64,000 nt of DNA from the human T2T-CHM13v2.0 reference genome, Homo sapiens, in assembly GCF_009914755.1 (NCBI RefSeq), contig NC_060925.1. The stretch is one strand, 5' to 3'. The notes under the pieces are model-generated. The model did no database searches, had not been told where the DNA came from, and saw nothing but the letters and a program-made list of their open reading frames with translations. A program made the translations under genes and the position numbers. Every line of letters begins with the position of its first letter. Position 1 is the first letter of the stretch. Below are positions 48,283-64,000 of the stretch, piece after piece.

Positions 48283-50495
48283 TCAATGTATGAGAAGTGC
48301 TGGCTTGATGCCCTTTTCCCTGCCTCAGCTCATTTAACCCCAAGGGTGGTGTTGAGCCCAGCTCCTCTGCTCCACCATTGACTTGTCCATGTTGGCCGAA
48401 GGCCTTCCCCAGACACCCTAGGATTGGCTTAGGGCAGGGAGGTCTCAGGCTGTGGTTCTGACTGACCACTGAGACCCCATCCCTGAACACTGGCCAAGCC
48501 CTGGGGCCGGCACTCACCTGGTTCAGAAGAACTCAAAACCCTGTTTTGTTGCCAGTTTGGAGCCAAAATAACTGTGCCCCCTCCTCCCCCATGCAGGCAC
48601 TCATCCCCACCATGGCTGGAGTAATAACCAAAGCCGTTCTTGCTCAGAAGCCTTTTCTGATTTCAGAAACCTTTGTAACTTTCCCAACTTGTTGTGTTAT
48701 CTTTAGATTGTAGTGATTCTTGTAAAACAAAGGGTTTGCGTACTTACCCCAAGGATAATTAATGACACTATAAGAACGTTAGTTCAGCTGTTTGCAAACC
48801 ACTCCTTGTATTCATTTCAGTAACACACCTATGAATTTATATATTGGAAATCATCGCCATTCCCGCCTTCTAGAAGAGTAAAAGGGGGCTCAGGGGACAA
48901 ACGTCTCTTAGTATACAATGAGTATTCTGTGAGCCTATTTCCCATGCCTGCCTCCTGGCTCTGGGAGTGCGGAGCCAGCTGCAGGCTCTGTTCCCACTGG
49001 CCCACACCCGTCTTCAGGCAGGAAGTCCCCAGGACCAGCACAGCCCCTCCCCACACAGCGGCCTTAGCAGGGAGGGGTTCAGCCCCTCCAGGCTGATCCA
49101 GGGCTCAGGGCCCAGGTGGGTCGCTGCAGCGAATCCCCTCATTGGGCTCATCATCACCCGTGCTCATAGACTGTCCCCATGTAGATTCCGCAGATGGTGA
49201 ACCTTCAGCTACCAGTGTGTGCGTCCAAGACTTTTCCACAAAAACAAGACATCGCAGAAACTCTCCCCGCCCAGGTTGTGTGTCTGGGCTCCAGCCTCAG
49301 TTCCCTCAATCTGAGGTCCTGCTCCCATTGTGTGTCCCTTGAACCCTGTCCAGGAGATGGACAGAGGCTGCCTGCCTGCTCCCGTTTCCACACCCTGGCC
49401 CCAGGATGCATCCTTCTGCCTACTGGACATTAGCTGCCACTTCCACCTGCAGCAAGGAGCCACGGTCACAAACCTTAGGCCCTGGGCCCTGCCTGATGGG
49501 TGAGACCATCCTTGTTGGTGGGGTCTCAGACTTGGTACCCGTCTCTGGTCCATCCTGATTTACTTGAAGGACACAGCCATGCCTCCCTACAGGCAGCAGC
49601 CGAGCAAGGACTCTAACCCAGGTCCTTTCGTGCCAGACCCCACATTATCTTGTTCATACTGTGGCAAGGACTGTGGAGCCAGGGTCCCTCAAAGCCAGCC
49701 TTGGGGTAGAGAAGAGAGGTGAGCTATGAAGAGGTGAGACAGCAGGCAGGTCCTGTGGAAGGCAGGAGGCCTCACAGTGGGAGAAGGTCAGTGAGGGTGA
49801 TGGAGAAGTGGATTTGGGGAATCAACCAGGAGGGGCCCTGTGGGGCTCTCAGACCTATGGCCACTCTGGGGCTGCCTAGAGACTGTCATAATAACCACAG
49901 TCATTATGATGATGGTAGGTAGTATTTAGTGAGCATTTACTATATGCTGAGTATTGGATTACCTGCCTTCCTGTATTACCTTATTTTATTCTCATGGTAA
50001 CCTGCTGAAATAGGAGCTATTATTATCTTCTGCTTTACAGGGGAGGCCGCTGACCCTTGGGGAGGCTAAACAACCTGCCCACAGGCATTCTCTCATAAGC
50101 AGATCTGAGATGAAAGTCCAGGCTGCCTGATTCCGGGCCCCACTCTCTCTGACTTCTAGAATTATTTGCTTCTTGGAAAAAAACAAAACCACCCTGCCCA
50201 GATGGTGGGGAGTTGGGGGTGTCAGGAGTTTCAGTTTTGTAGAGGAAAGATAAGTGCATTTATGTGGTTTCCACACAGAGGCATACCTTTGATTGTAGGG
50301 TCTGGAGAGGGGCCCTTTTGGAGAAGGTCATCTTCCCTGAATGAAGACGCAGCTCTGGTTGGAGGGGCCTCTGAGAAGCAGCCAAATCAGTCCTGCTAAC
50401 CCACAGGCCAGTGAGCCATGGCCAGACCACTCTCCCATTCACAGAAAGTGGGTCTGTGCCTGGGATACACGGAAGAATAAGTTCAGTACATTCAA

Positions 50496-50680
50496 GGCCA
50501 GGCATGGTGGCTCATGCTTGTAATCCCAGCACTTTGGCAGGCCGAGGCAGGAGGATTGCTTGGGGTATACCCGTGGGCTGCCAGCTGGTCCAAGCAATGG
50601 GTGAGAAGGTTCAAGACCAGCCTAGGCAACAAAGCAAGACCTCCAGCTCTAAAATAACAATAATAATGATAAATAAATAA
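50496..50680 (+). mobile_element. FLAM-type Alu monomer carrying a foreign ~45-bp insert
   Basis: Monomer ggccaggcatggtggctca...gaggattgcttg|insert|gttcaagaccagcc. Confidence 0.85.
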
Positions 50681-52626
50681 ATTCAATACATATGCCAGGC
50701 CTTGTTGGTTAGAGACCAATGCTTAAGAGCCTGCGGAAGAACAGCTTACGACCACTCTGTGGTTTTTCCTCCCCATTTGGCTGCCTGAGCGGTGCAGTGG
50801 GAGCTGCAGATCAGGCTTCAGTAGGCAACAGCTGAATAGGCGAGAGGGTATCTGCACACCTTCTGGCCAGTCTTGACCTCGGGTTGGGTAGCAGCGAGCC
50901 TTGGGGTTTTCATGAACAGGTGACTGGGCCAGGTGCAGTGACTCATGCCTGTAATCCCAGCACTTTGGTTGGCTGAGGTGAGAGGATCGCTTGAGGTCAG
51001 GAGTTTTGAGACCAACCTGGGCAACATAGCGAGACGCCATCTGTATTTAAAGAAAAAGAGAGAGAGAGAGAGAGAGAGAACAGGTGGCTTAAGATAGGCA
51101 GGTGAGGAGCGGGGCCCTCAGTGTGAGCCAGTTATTGTCCATGCAGCCCTTTGGCCAGCCCTAGCTCTGCTGCAGTGTCTGGATCCAAGGGCTTCCCTCA
51201 TGTGCTGGCTCAGCCTGGCTCCTCTGCTCCTTCACAGGTCCGCGGATCAAAACTCTTTTTTCGTATTTCCTTGAACAAACCATAGGTTGTAAAACTGCTG
51301 CAAACAATTATTGTGAAGCCAGAGGGAGAAAATATTAAGATATGTGGTGCTTTAACTTTTTGACTGGACTCACAGTAAGAAATGTATTTTATATTGTAAT
51401 CAAGTGTGTACACACACACACACACACATATACACTCAGATACACACAACTAAAACAGAAATTTTCTTGAAACAATTATTAATTGTACTATATGCAATAC
51501 ACTTCATGTTTTGTATTTCATTCAATTTCATTTAAATAAAATGTGATTTGAGATGCTAGTTAGTGGGTCATGAAATCAATTTAGAGACTCTCAAACTACA
51601 TTAAAAAACACCAGGTTAGCTGAAGATGCTGATAGCTAGAATAACGAACAGACTGAATAGTTCATCTGTCTTGACTCCCCCTGGGACCTGAATTTTCTGA
51701 GGTCAGAGGCTGAGCCCTCCCTGTAAGTCCTAATGTGGGATCCTGCACCCATTAACCTTCCGAAAATACAGACACTATGGCAAACACCAGGACTCCAAGC
51801 AGAAAGGGGGTCCAGGGGAGAAGGCAGGAGGTGCCTGTCTTCAGAGTTAACATTTCGTTGGGATTTATTTAGCCATAAAATGACTTCCAGGGAACAGGAA
51901 ACAGGTTGAATGAGGCTAGAGAACAAGATGAGGACATTAGAGGCAAAACACTCCCCAAAGCTGTTCTGAGCATCCTGAGCATTGCTGTGTGATCAGCACA
52001 AAGAGGAAGGAATAGCGAATGGTTAAGAGGATAGACTCAGGAGCCAGCTGGCCTTGGGTGGAACCTGCCTTGCTATGCCTCAATTTCCTTATTCCTATAA
52101 AATGGCGATGTAGTACTATTCAATTCTTAAGAGTTGTTACCTAATCAGTATGCCAGTTATCAATGCTAAAAAAATAAAGCAGCTGAACTGCCCACACAAA
52201 TCAGGCTCCAACTCTTGCCAGCGACGGTCAAGATTTTGGGGCTCCAAGTATGTGGGCAGGTCCGTGGCTTTCTTCCACATTGTGCAGAAAGGGGAGAATG
52301 TGGGTTTCTGGGCGCAGCTTTGCAATTCCAGCAAGCCTGGCATATGTCTTAGATGAATGAATAAAGGATGAATGGGTTCTCTTTTCTCTGTCCCCACTGA
52401 CATTGCTTAGCTGAGGGCAGGGCCTCAGCTACTAGACTCTCTATTCCATACTCCACACTCTTGCTAAAATGATCTTTCTAAAGTGCAAATTTGAGAATGT
52501 TTCTTTCTAGGAGGAATCCCTATATTATGCCCCTGCTTAAACCCTTGGAAGGCTTTCAATGGTCTATGATGCATTCCAAACTCCCTTCTAGGCAAAGCCT
52601 CAGGCCATCTCTCAAACCCACTCTTC

Positions 52627-53991
<1,365 letters not shown>

Positions 53992-54476
53992 CAGGCCCAT
54001 TCTTCACCACCCTCTTCACACCCTAGCTTCTGGTCCTACCAAATAATTTGCATTCTCTGACGGTGCAATATAATCTCAAGTCTCCATGGTTTTGCCCATG
54101 TCATTCCCTGCACCTTGCCTGTCACAGCCCTGCCAGCTGGTCTGGCCCCATTATAAAGACTTATGACGCTCAGTGGAAGCACTGTGTCCTCTGACCTGTA
54201 GAGCCGGGAGCTTCTCCTCTGTGCTCCCACTTGCTCTGACATTATTCTGAGGAGGAAAGCTGAAAGGCTTGCCCGGCTTCTGGACTCTGGCCACTAGAGA
54301 GCAGTAGAGGGTAGACAAGCATCTGGCCTGGGAAACCCCAGACCTGCTCTTCTTGCTCTGTCCTTCCAGACACCGCCACATCTCACTCCCGGAATCTGCA
54401 CAGCCCCTTTGTGGGTCTCTTGGCATCTGCCACGCCATCTTCACTTTTATGCGCAGAGCTGGCCAACCAAGGGCAC

Positions 54477-55387
<911 letters not shown>

Positions 55388-56834
55388 TCACCACGGAGTG
55401 GGGCAGTGAGTGAGAGGGGTGAAGTGTGACAACCTATAGATTGTATCTGTGAGTGCTCTTGCTGCAAACGGCAGGAACTCACTCTGGCTAACTCAAGCTA
55501 AGAACGAGCTTATGAGAAAGAATATTGGATGGTTTACAGGATTGATTCGTGTCTGGCAAACCAGGTTCGGGAAAATGGGCAGGGAACACCCTGAAGGCCA
55601 GGTAGCTAAGAACCTAGTCACAGCCGCTCAGCCTCGGGGTCAGGATGCCTGTGTGAATTCTGCTACCAGTTACCATGGACTGCTGGACTCTCGACCCCAC
55701 TGCCATGGCTTGACCTCCCAGACTCAAGCAATCCTTCCACCTTAGTGTTCTGAGTAGCTGGGACTACAGGTGTGCACCGTCTCTAATTACCTGTCTCTCC
55801 CTCAAGAGTCAAAGCCCCCAGCCTGAGCATCCCACGGGCTGAGCCTGGGTCAAACATGGGCCCTAGAAGACTGTCTGCTTCCTGTCGAGACCACCCCCTG
55901 GAGGACTCCTCCACATAGGAAGGACTCAAATGTAAGCAGACAAAAATCAACAGATGTCCTCTGCGGGATTCACCGGTTTCCTCTCTAGAATGAGCTCATT
56001 CTGGAAGGCACTCAGGAGTTCATCTGAGTATCCAAGAAGTCCTTTTGCTGCTTTGTTGGGGTGAGGGGAGTGAAGACAGAGAGGTGTGTCAGTTGCCCCG
56101 TCATCTCCAGCACTGGTTCCCGCAGAAGTCACCAGTATCCACCCAACAGAACCAGGATGAATGGTTTGAGTGTGGTCATTCCTCACAGAAGGAATGGGCT
56201 GGGGAGCAGGAAGGGGAAAGCAAGGCAGCTGCAGTTTTATAATGTGCCTGCCCAGGACAGGCGGCCATCCATCAGGGAGAAGGAGGACCTCTGTGGAAAC
56301 AGAGTATGAAGCAATCTGTTTCACTTGAAGTGATTGTGTGAACTGATATAGTTGTTTGTCATAAATGTTGGCTATGTATGGAGTTATTCTGACCCTTAGA
56401 AAACACTCCATCCAGGCGTAGTGGCTCACGCCTGTAATCCCAGCTACTCCGGAAGCTGAGGTGGGAGGATCGCTTGAGCCCAGGAGGTCGAGGCTGCAGT
56501 GAGCTGAGATCGCATCACTGAGCTCTAGCCTGGGTGACAGAGTGAACCCCTGTCTCAGGAAAAAAAAGAAAGAAAAAAGGAAACACTCCAACGCCTCAGG
56601 AAACTAAGTCCATTGTTTCATAGACTTTCCTCCACTGGAAGCACACAGATGCTGGGGTCTCAGGCACTGCTGCTGGGGAAGGGAGCCTTAGCTCTGCTCA
56701 AGAGCAGAATGGCTCCAGGGACAGGAGAGGGAAGCAGAACGAGAGAGCCACACTTTTCCCTAAAACTGTGGTTTAGAAACTGGACTGCACAGACCCCAGT
56801 CACCTCTGGGACCCCAGGCATGCATAGCCCTAGG

Positions 56835-58045
56835 TAGAGGTCTGTCAGATAAAACAGAGGACACTCAGTTACATTTGAAAATCAGATAAAATTTTAGTAT
56901 AAATAGGTCCCATGTAATATTTGGGATCTTTACACATTTTTTATTTTTTTAAAAATTGAAACTTAACTGGATGTCCTGTGTGACATTGTGATATAATAAG
57001 AAATAGATATTTGGTCTTCATCCCCAGTTCCTGGACAGAGCTCCTAAGCACTTGTAATTTCCTGAGTGACTGGGGAGATAGGAGCATCTCTTGTACTATT
57101 TGGTCTCAGTCTCCAGTTCCTAAAACAAAGCTTCTAAGACCCTTGAAATCTCCAGAGTGATGAGTGTCTTTTTATATGTTAATGAGATAACTGGTGGCTG
57201 GGGGCCACTAGATAGCTTCAGGTTGGGAGACAGTCACCAGAAAGACCAGAGAATGACTAGAGTTTTCAGTTCTCTCCCAAATCTGGGAAGGGGTTAGGGG
57301 CTGGAGATTGAGTTAGTTAACAATGGTCAATAATTTTTACCAATCATGCCTGCATAGTGGATCTCCCATAAAAACCCTAGAGAACACAGCTCAGAGAACT
57401 TCCGGTTGGCAAATGCATCAGCACGCTGGGAGGGTGGTGCACCCCAATTCCATGGAATAGAAGCTCCTGTGCTTGGGACCCTGGACCTCCCTGTATGTAC
57501 AGTACCTTCCCTCCTTTTTTTGAGATGGGGTCTTGCTATGTTTCCCAGGCTGGTTTTGAACTCCTGGCCTCAGGTATGCTTCTGCCTCAGCCTCCTGAGT
57601 AGCTGAGATGATATATACAGTACCTCTTCATCTGGCTGTTCATTTGTATCCTTTATAATATCCTTTATAATAAATCCATTATAGTAAGTAAAGTGTTTCC
57701 CTGAGTTCTGTGGGCCATGATAGCAAATTATTGAACCTGAGGAAGGGGTCATGGGAACTCCTGATTTGCAGCCAAGTGTGGATAACCTAGGGACCCAGTA
57801 CTTGCGATTGGTGTCGGAAGTGGGCGCAGTCTTGTGGGACTGAGTGCTTAGCCTGTGGGGTCTGTGTTGACTGCGTAGTGTCAGAATTGAATTAAATTGT
57901 AGGACACTCGGTGTCCTCAGAGACTTAGAGAATTGCTTGGTGTGAAAACCTCACACGTTTGATGTCAGAAGTGTTATGTGAGTAGAGAAACTGTTCTATT
58001 TTTCCTTTGTTCCTGTATTTTTATTTGCTAAACATGGCAACCTTA
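56835..58045. mobile_element. MER53-like palindromic hAT MITE split by a MER21 LTR
   Basis: gtcagataaaacagaggacactcagttacatttgaa...aacttaactggatgtcctg | insert | tcctgtatttttatttgctaaacatggcaacctta. Confidence 0.7.
56979..58005. mobile_element. MER21-family solo LTR containing an Alu monomer fragment (~57515-57608)
   Basis: tgtgacattgtgatatataataagaaatagatatttggtc...tgagttctgtgggcc...tagcaaattattgaacctgaggaaggggtcatgggaac. Confidence 0.75.
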
Positions 58046-58910
<865 letters not shown>

Positions 58911-60511
58911 CACCCTGTACATATTTTACAGTGCCTCTATCACAGCCCAGGCACTGTTGCAGATGATGGGGACAAAATGAAGTGAAGAAGGCAAAGCTGT
59001 TGCTGTCTGACAGGTCTCTCCAATTTATTGGGGCAGACAGACCACATGGAGAGAAGAGATCATGTGTGGTTGGAGGTGCAAGGTGCAGAGAGGAAGTTGG
59101 CACCACTTGGATCTTGGCAGAGCAGGGAAGAATGAAGTGAGGCTGTAAGTGATGGGAGCCAGATGTTGACACGGACACTCTGGTTTCAGTGGGTCATTGG
59201 TCAAAGCTGATGTACAGGCAACCGGAAGAGACTGGTCCTCTTGGACTTCTTCCCTTACTATATTGTTTAATCCTGTCTTGGTTAAGATTGATTAAATAGT
59301 AAAGCAACTATTTTCTGTTTGGTTGACTTCAAATATGTGGCATGGGTGAGCCATTTCCTCAGGGCATCTTCAGGATCTGACTGAAGGATCCAGCCCAAGG
59401 CCCTGTGGGTTTGAGGGGAGGAGAGGACACAGTCCAGGAGCCACCTTTACCTGTGGACTTGAGGCTCCTTCCAGCCCTGACCAATGACAGGAGCATGGCA
59501 GAGGGAAACCAAGAGATTCTGAAGGAGGAGGAATGTTCAAAGGGCAAAAAGCTCTCAATTTTATTAACTCTTGAATAAACAACTCGTCCTTAGGGACAGA
59601 TGAGTAACCCAGGAGGAACCCAACTCTATGAAGGGCAGAGTTGCATTCTATTGCCCTAGGAAACAACAAGGGAAAATGAGATTCCTCTGTTATCCTGAAC
59701 ATGGATTATTCTTGTCCCCCCTCCCTTTTTTTAAATCATTAGAGGGATTTATTTCCTTTCCGGAAGAGTCACTCTTCTGCGGTCCTTCCACACCCAGCTT
59801 TGGACTGGGCCACCTGGCAAGGGTGTGAAGTGGACTTGTGGTTGATGATCTAAGGTTCTCCAGCCATACACATGTTTGGGTCCAGCCATTGGCACCAGGT
59901 GACTCAGCCTTTGAGCCTGGCCACGCTTGGTCAGGAACACGTGAGATCCCCAGCATGTGACCAAGCCTCAAGCATTCATGTGGGCTGTGGACACGGAGGC
60001 TTAGAGACAGCATAGTGGGAGCCCAGAACCACAACCAGTAGCCCAAGGATTAGTGAGCCAACTGCAAGTGTGCGGAACACAAGAGCATCATTTTCTCCTG
60101 CTCCTCCAGGGAGCTAGAAATAGAACTCTGCCCTTTGTCCTTGAGGAGCTGAGGCAACTGCCTGGCATGGCGTGGGTGTTGGTGACCACGGGCCCCTTTG
60201 TTCCTCTCTCCCACTCACCCTCCCGCTCCTTCCTCGCTCCTGTGACCCTCGGTCCCTGGCCCGTGGAGACTGTGGGCAGGGCTCAGGGCCACTGGGTGGT
60301 GTCTGGGTGAAGGTGGCTGCTTAGCACTGGCACATGTGGAGAATGTGGTGGTGAGCTCCCTCTCAGCTGCCGTTTCCTGGCCGGCATTAGCGTTGCCACC
60401 CAAAGCCTTCCCAAGCGTGGCTGACCCTGACCTGGGGCATTCAGAAGTGTCTGGCTTCTTCCTGGCAGTAACTTCGGTGTCAGACACGGGCCTCTAGGGT
60501 ATTGTTTTTCA

Positions 60512-60826
<315 letters not shown>

Positions 60827-61390
60827 GTCATTAACTGAAACCCATAGTGAAAAACACTTGTACTTTACTTTGCATCCCGTGCACACATTATATACTGGAT
60901 GTTTCCACTGAACGGCCTCCTCCCTGGCTCCCCTGCTCTCAGTTTCCCTTGGGTTCAGCGGCAGGGCAGGCCTGGCAGGACTGCAGAGACAGGGAGAAGG
61001 GGGAAGTACTTACTCCCCAGTGGGGTTGCCACAGGCTAGCTGGTCCCTCACCTGATGATCCCCGCTCTTTCCACATCATTCTCTGTCTCCAAGTTCTGAA
61101 AACACTTTCCTCCTTCAAGCCTTCAAGCCTAAAGGTGATAAGTGAGCCCCACTGTCCCTTATGATTTACCCACACCCTGTCCCATCTTCGTAAACAGCCT
61201 CTATCAAATGCTCCGAGAAATTATTCAATTAGAATGTGCTGTTTTTCTATTTCAGGGGCATTGGCTCAAGTTTATCCATGTATTATGTGTGTGTACATAC
61301 ACCCATACAACACACATACATATACACATATATGTATATATATACACACCAATGATTCATGAAGTAATACTCACCCTTACTCGTCTGTGA

Positions 61391-61705
<315 letters not shown>

Positions 61706-64000
61706 CTCTGTTATTGTATTCTGTGGACTTTTTAAAGAATGCTCACCCCACCTACTAAAGTGACTCCATGACCCACTTATGGGTCTTGATCCACAGTCTG
61801 AAGGGCATTGCATTAGGGCCAGCCCAGGGCGAGTGGCCTTAGCTGGGCTGGCTATAGCGTGTAGCAGAGGTCAGTATGGAAAATGGCCCTAGGTGCATTC
61901 TGGGGCTCCCCTTGGGGAAGGTTCCTCTTGTGGGGGGTTCCCTAGAGGGTATTTCCTCCCTGTAGTCATCACATTCCAGGGGCCAGTTTTCCACTTTGTA
62001 GGCCTAGAAATCCAAGTTGGTTAGGAGCCTTGGAGGTGGCTGAGTTGAGGGGTGACTCACACTGCAGCCCAAGTGTAAATATCAGAGTGCTGATTCAGTC
62101 GCTCACGGTGAGGATCCAGCTACCCAGTGGGCTGTGTTCACCCATCAGCACCTGTTCTCCAGTAGGGAATTCTACCCAGAAGTCCAAACTGTCATCAGAA
62201 GGTGCTTGGCCAGCACAGTCCTGGAGCAAGGGAGTTAGGAGAAGCCCGGAGATACCTGCTGCGCACCTGGGAGGCCTGAGCATCTCTCCGGGATACTCTC
62301 GAAATGCCTGCCTCCCGGCCTCCTTGGTCCTCACCACCTGTGCTGACCCACCTCTTTGGCTGACCTGTCAAATCTCTTGTTCTGTCCTCATCTATGTCTG
62401 CACAGTTGAAGCTTTCTATTTCAAGTTCTGGTGGTGGGCGATGGGGCTGGTTGTGTGCATGGTGGCCTCCCATGGCTGCCCTGCAGGTGAGGTGGGTGGC
62501 ACATGTGTTGGGGGAGTAGCAGGAGCTCCCTCTGATTTACCTTCAGGTAGTCCAGAGATGTGTGGCCAGGGTCTACTCATCAGCAATAACCATACGCGGC
62601 TCTTTATTGAGTGCTTTGTAGAATGCTGGGTACAGTGCTAAGCACTTCACTGGCACTCTCATTTCTTTCCCATAACCATCTGATGAAATAGTACTACTTT
62701 CCCTGTTTTGTGCATAAAGAGATAAAGGCTTAGAGAGGTCAAGTGGCTTGGCCGAGGTCACTGAGTAAGCCAGTCGACAGGTGGCCCTAGAAACTGTCTG
62801 TGAATATATATGTGTGCTCTGAAAGGACAGGGACCATGCCTCCCCATAAGCTCTGACTCCCTAAGGGTAGGACTGTTCCCCCCTCAGTAGCTTCCCTCCC
62901 CACCTTGCTAGCCTCCCTGAAGTGCCCAGGGCAACATGTGGCACAGCAGGGGTGCTCTGTTGCATGCTTGCTGACAGTCACGGACAGGGGACCAGCCTCT
63001 TGCCAAAGAGAGAAGGCCTGTGGGAGCCTCAGACCACAGAGGAGTGACTGCGTGGATGCACCAGACCATGGCTGGGTGACTCAGCGGCTGGCTGACAGAT
63101 GGATGAATGGACGTCAGTCCTATGGTGTGGCCCTTCCCTTTTCTCCCCGGAACAATAACACATCCTGGCTCCGTGATTTCGTCGCCATAGGAACTGGAAA
63201 ACATTTGATAACATGGAGCCTCTGGGACAGGTGGGCTGAGCAGGTCTGAATAAAAACAACCCTTTCCTGCCCCTTCACCTAGAATCCAGGCATCTGGTCT
63301 ATTTGCAGCAGGTTAGGTAAATAGCCTGGGGGGAACCATGCAGCCACCTGAACTGACCGACCTTGTCCAAACTAGGAAGTCAGGGAAGTCACTGTCTATG
63401 CTGGCAGGACCTGGCACAAATTCCTGGTAGGAGGAAATGGGGCCTCAGGCACCCTGTCTGGACATTCTGAGTATCCTATGGTGTGCCTGTCCCCAGCACA
63501 TGTGGGCTCTGTCCTGGACACTGTGGGGAATTAGAAGAAGGAAAGAAGGGGGACAGGGCTCCAGGCTCAGAAAGCACGTGGTCTGCTAGGGGGCAGGGCA
63601 CATATGGAAACAGTCCTATTAGGTCCCAGTCCTAGCACAGATGGGGAATTACACGGATCAGTAGGGAAGGAGTTGGGAGGTAGGTTCTGGGAGGGGATGG
63701 GGTTTGGTGGAATGGACCAGAATTCTCCATTCCCCAGCAAGCCCTAACCAAGTGTGGCACCGTGCTCACATGCACAATCTGGGTCCTGGGGTGACTGCTG
63801 GGGGCCAGGGCACTGCATTCTCTTACTGGCTTGGCCGTCTCAGCCTTCTCTGCCTGATGCTTTTTGGTTCTACGGTCCTTGCTTTTACTCTTCCAGTGCT
63901 GTTGGGCACTTTCTATGTAGGGCACTTGACTTGGACATCTTTTTTTTAAATTTTAATTTAATTTTTAATTGACAAATAATAATTGCATCTATTTATGGAG

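Overview
Primate, almost certainly human, genomic DNA. It holds one intact protein-coding gene, NENF (neudesin). Four + strand exons (CDS 9641-9817, 19274-19334, 21053-21156, 22544-22720) splice with GT-AG junctions into a 172-aa cytochrome-b5-like heme/steroid-binding (MAPR family) protein, and exon 1 lies in a CpG island. Bases 1-8320 are a decayed ERV1-class provirus (PRIMA41/MER41-like gag-pro-pol-env plus 3' LTR). It is interrupted by three Alus, a 218-bp tandem duplication in integrase and an antisense solo HERV-H LTR7 in env. The remaining ~41 kb is repeat-rich intergenic DNA (from recall, the interval toward ATF3 on 1q32.3) containing Alu, L1, MIR, MaLR/ERV LTRs and DNA-transposon fossils. 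Nearly all ORFs in the supplied track are spurious. I found no new multi-gene system. The most unusual signals are: a TSD-flanked ~870-bp retroposed orphan sequence; several apparent local copy/conversion events between sites 2-10 kb apart; an Alu-bracketed, stop-free 165-nt exon 2-3 module that could circularise; and a KDEL-like C-terminus on neudesin. Repeat subfamily names come from recalled consensus sequences and need RepeatMasker/Dfam confirmation.
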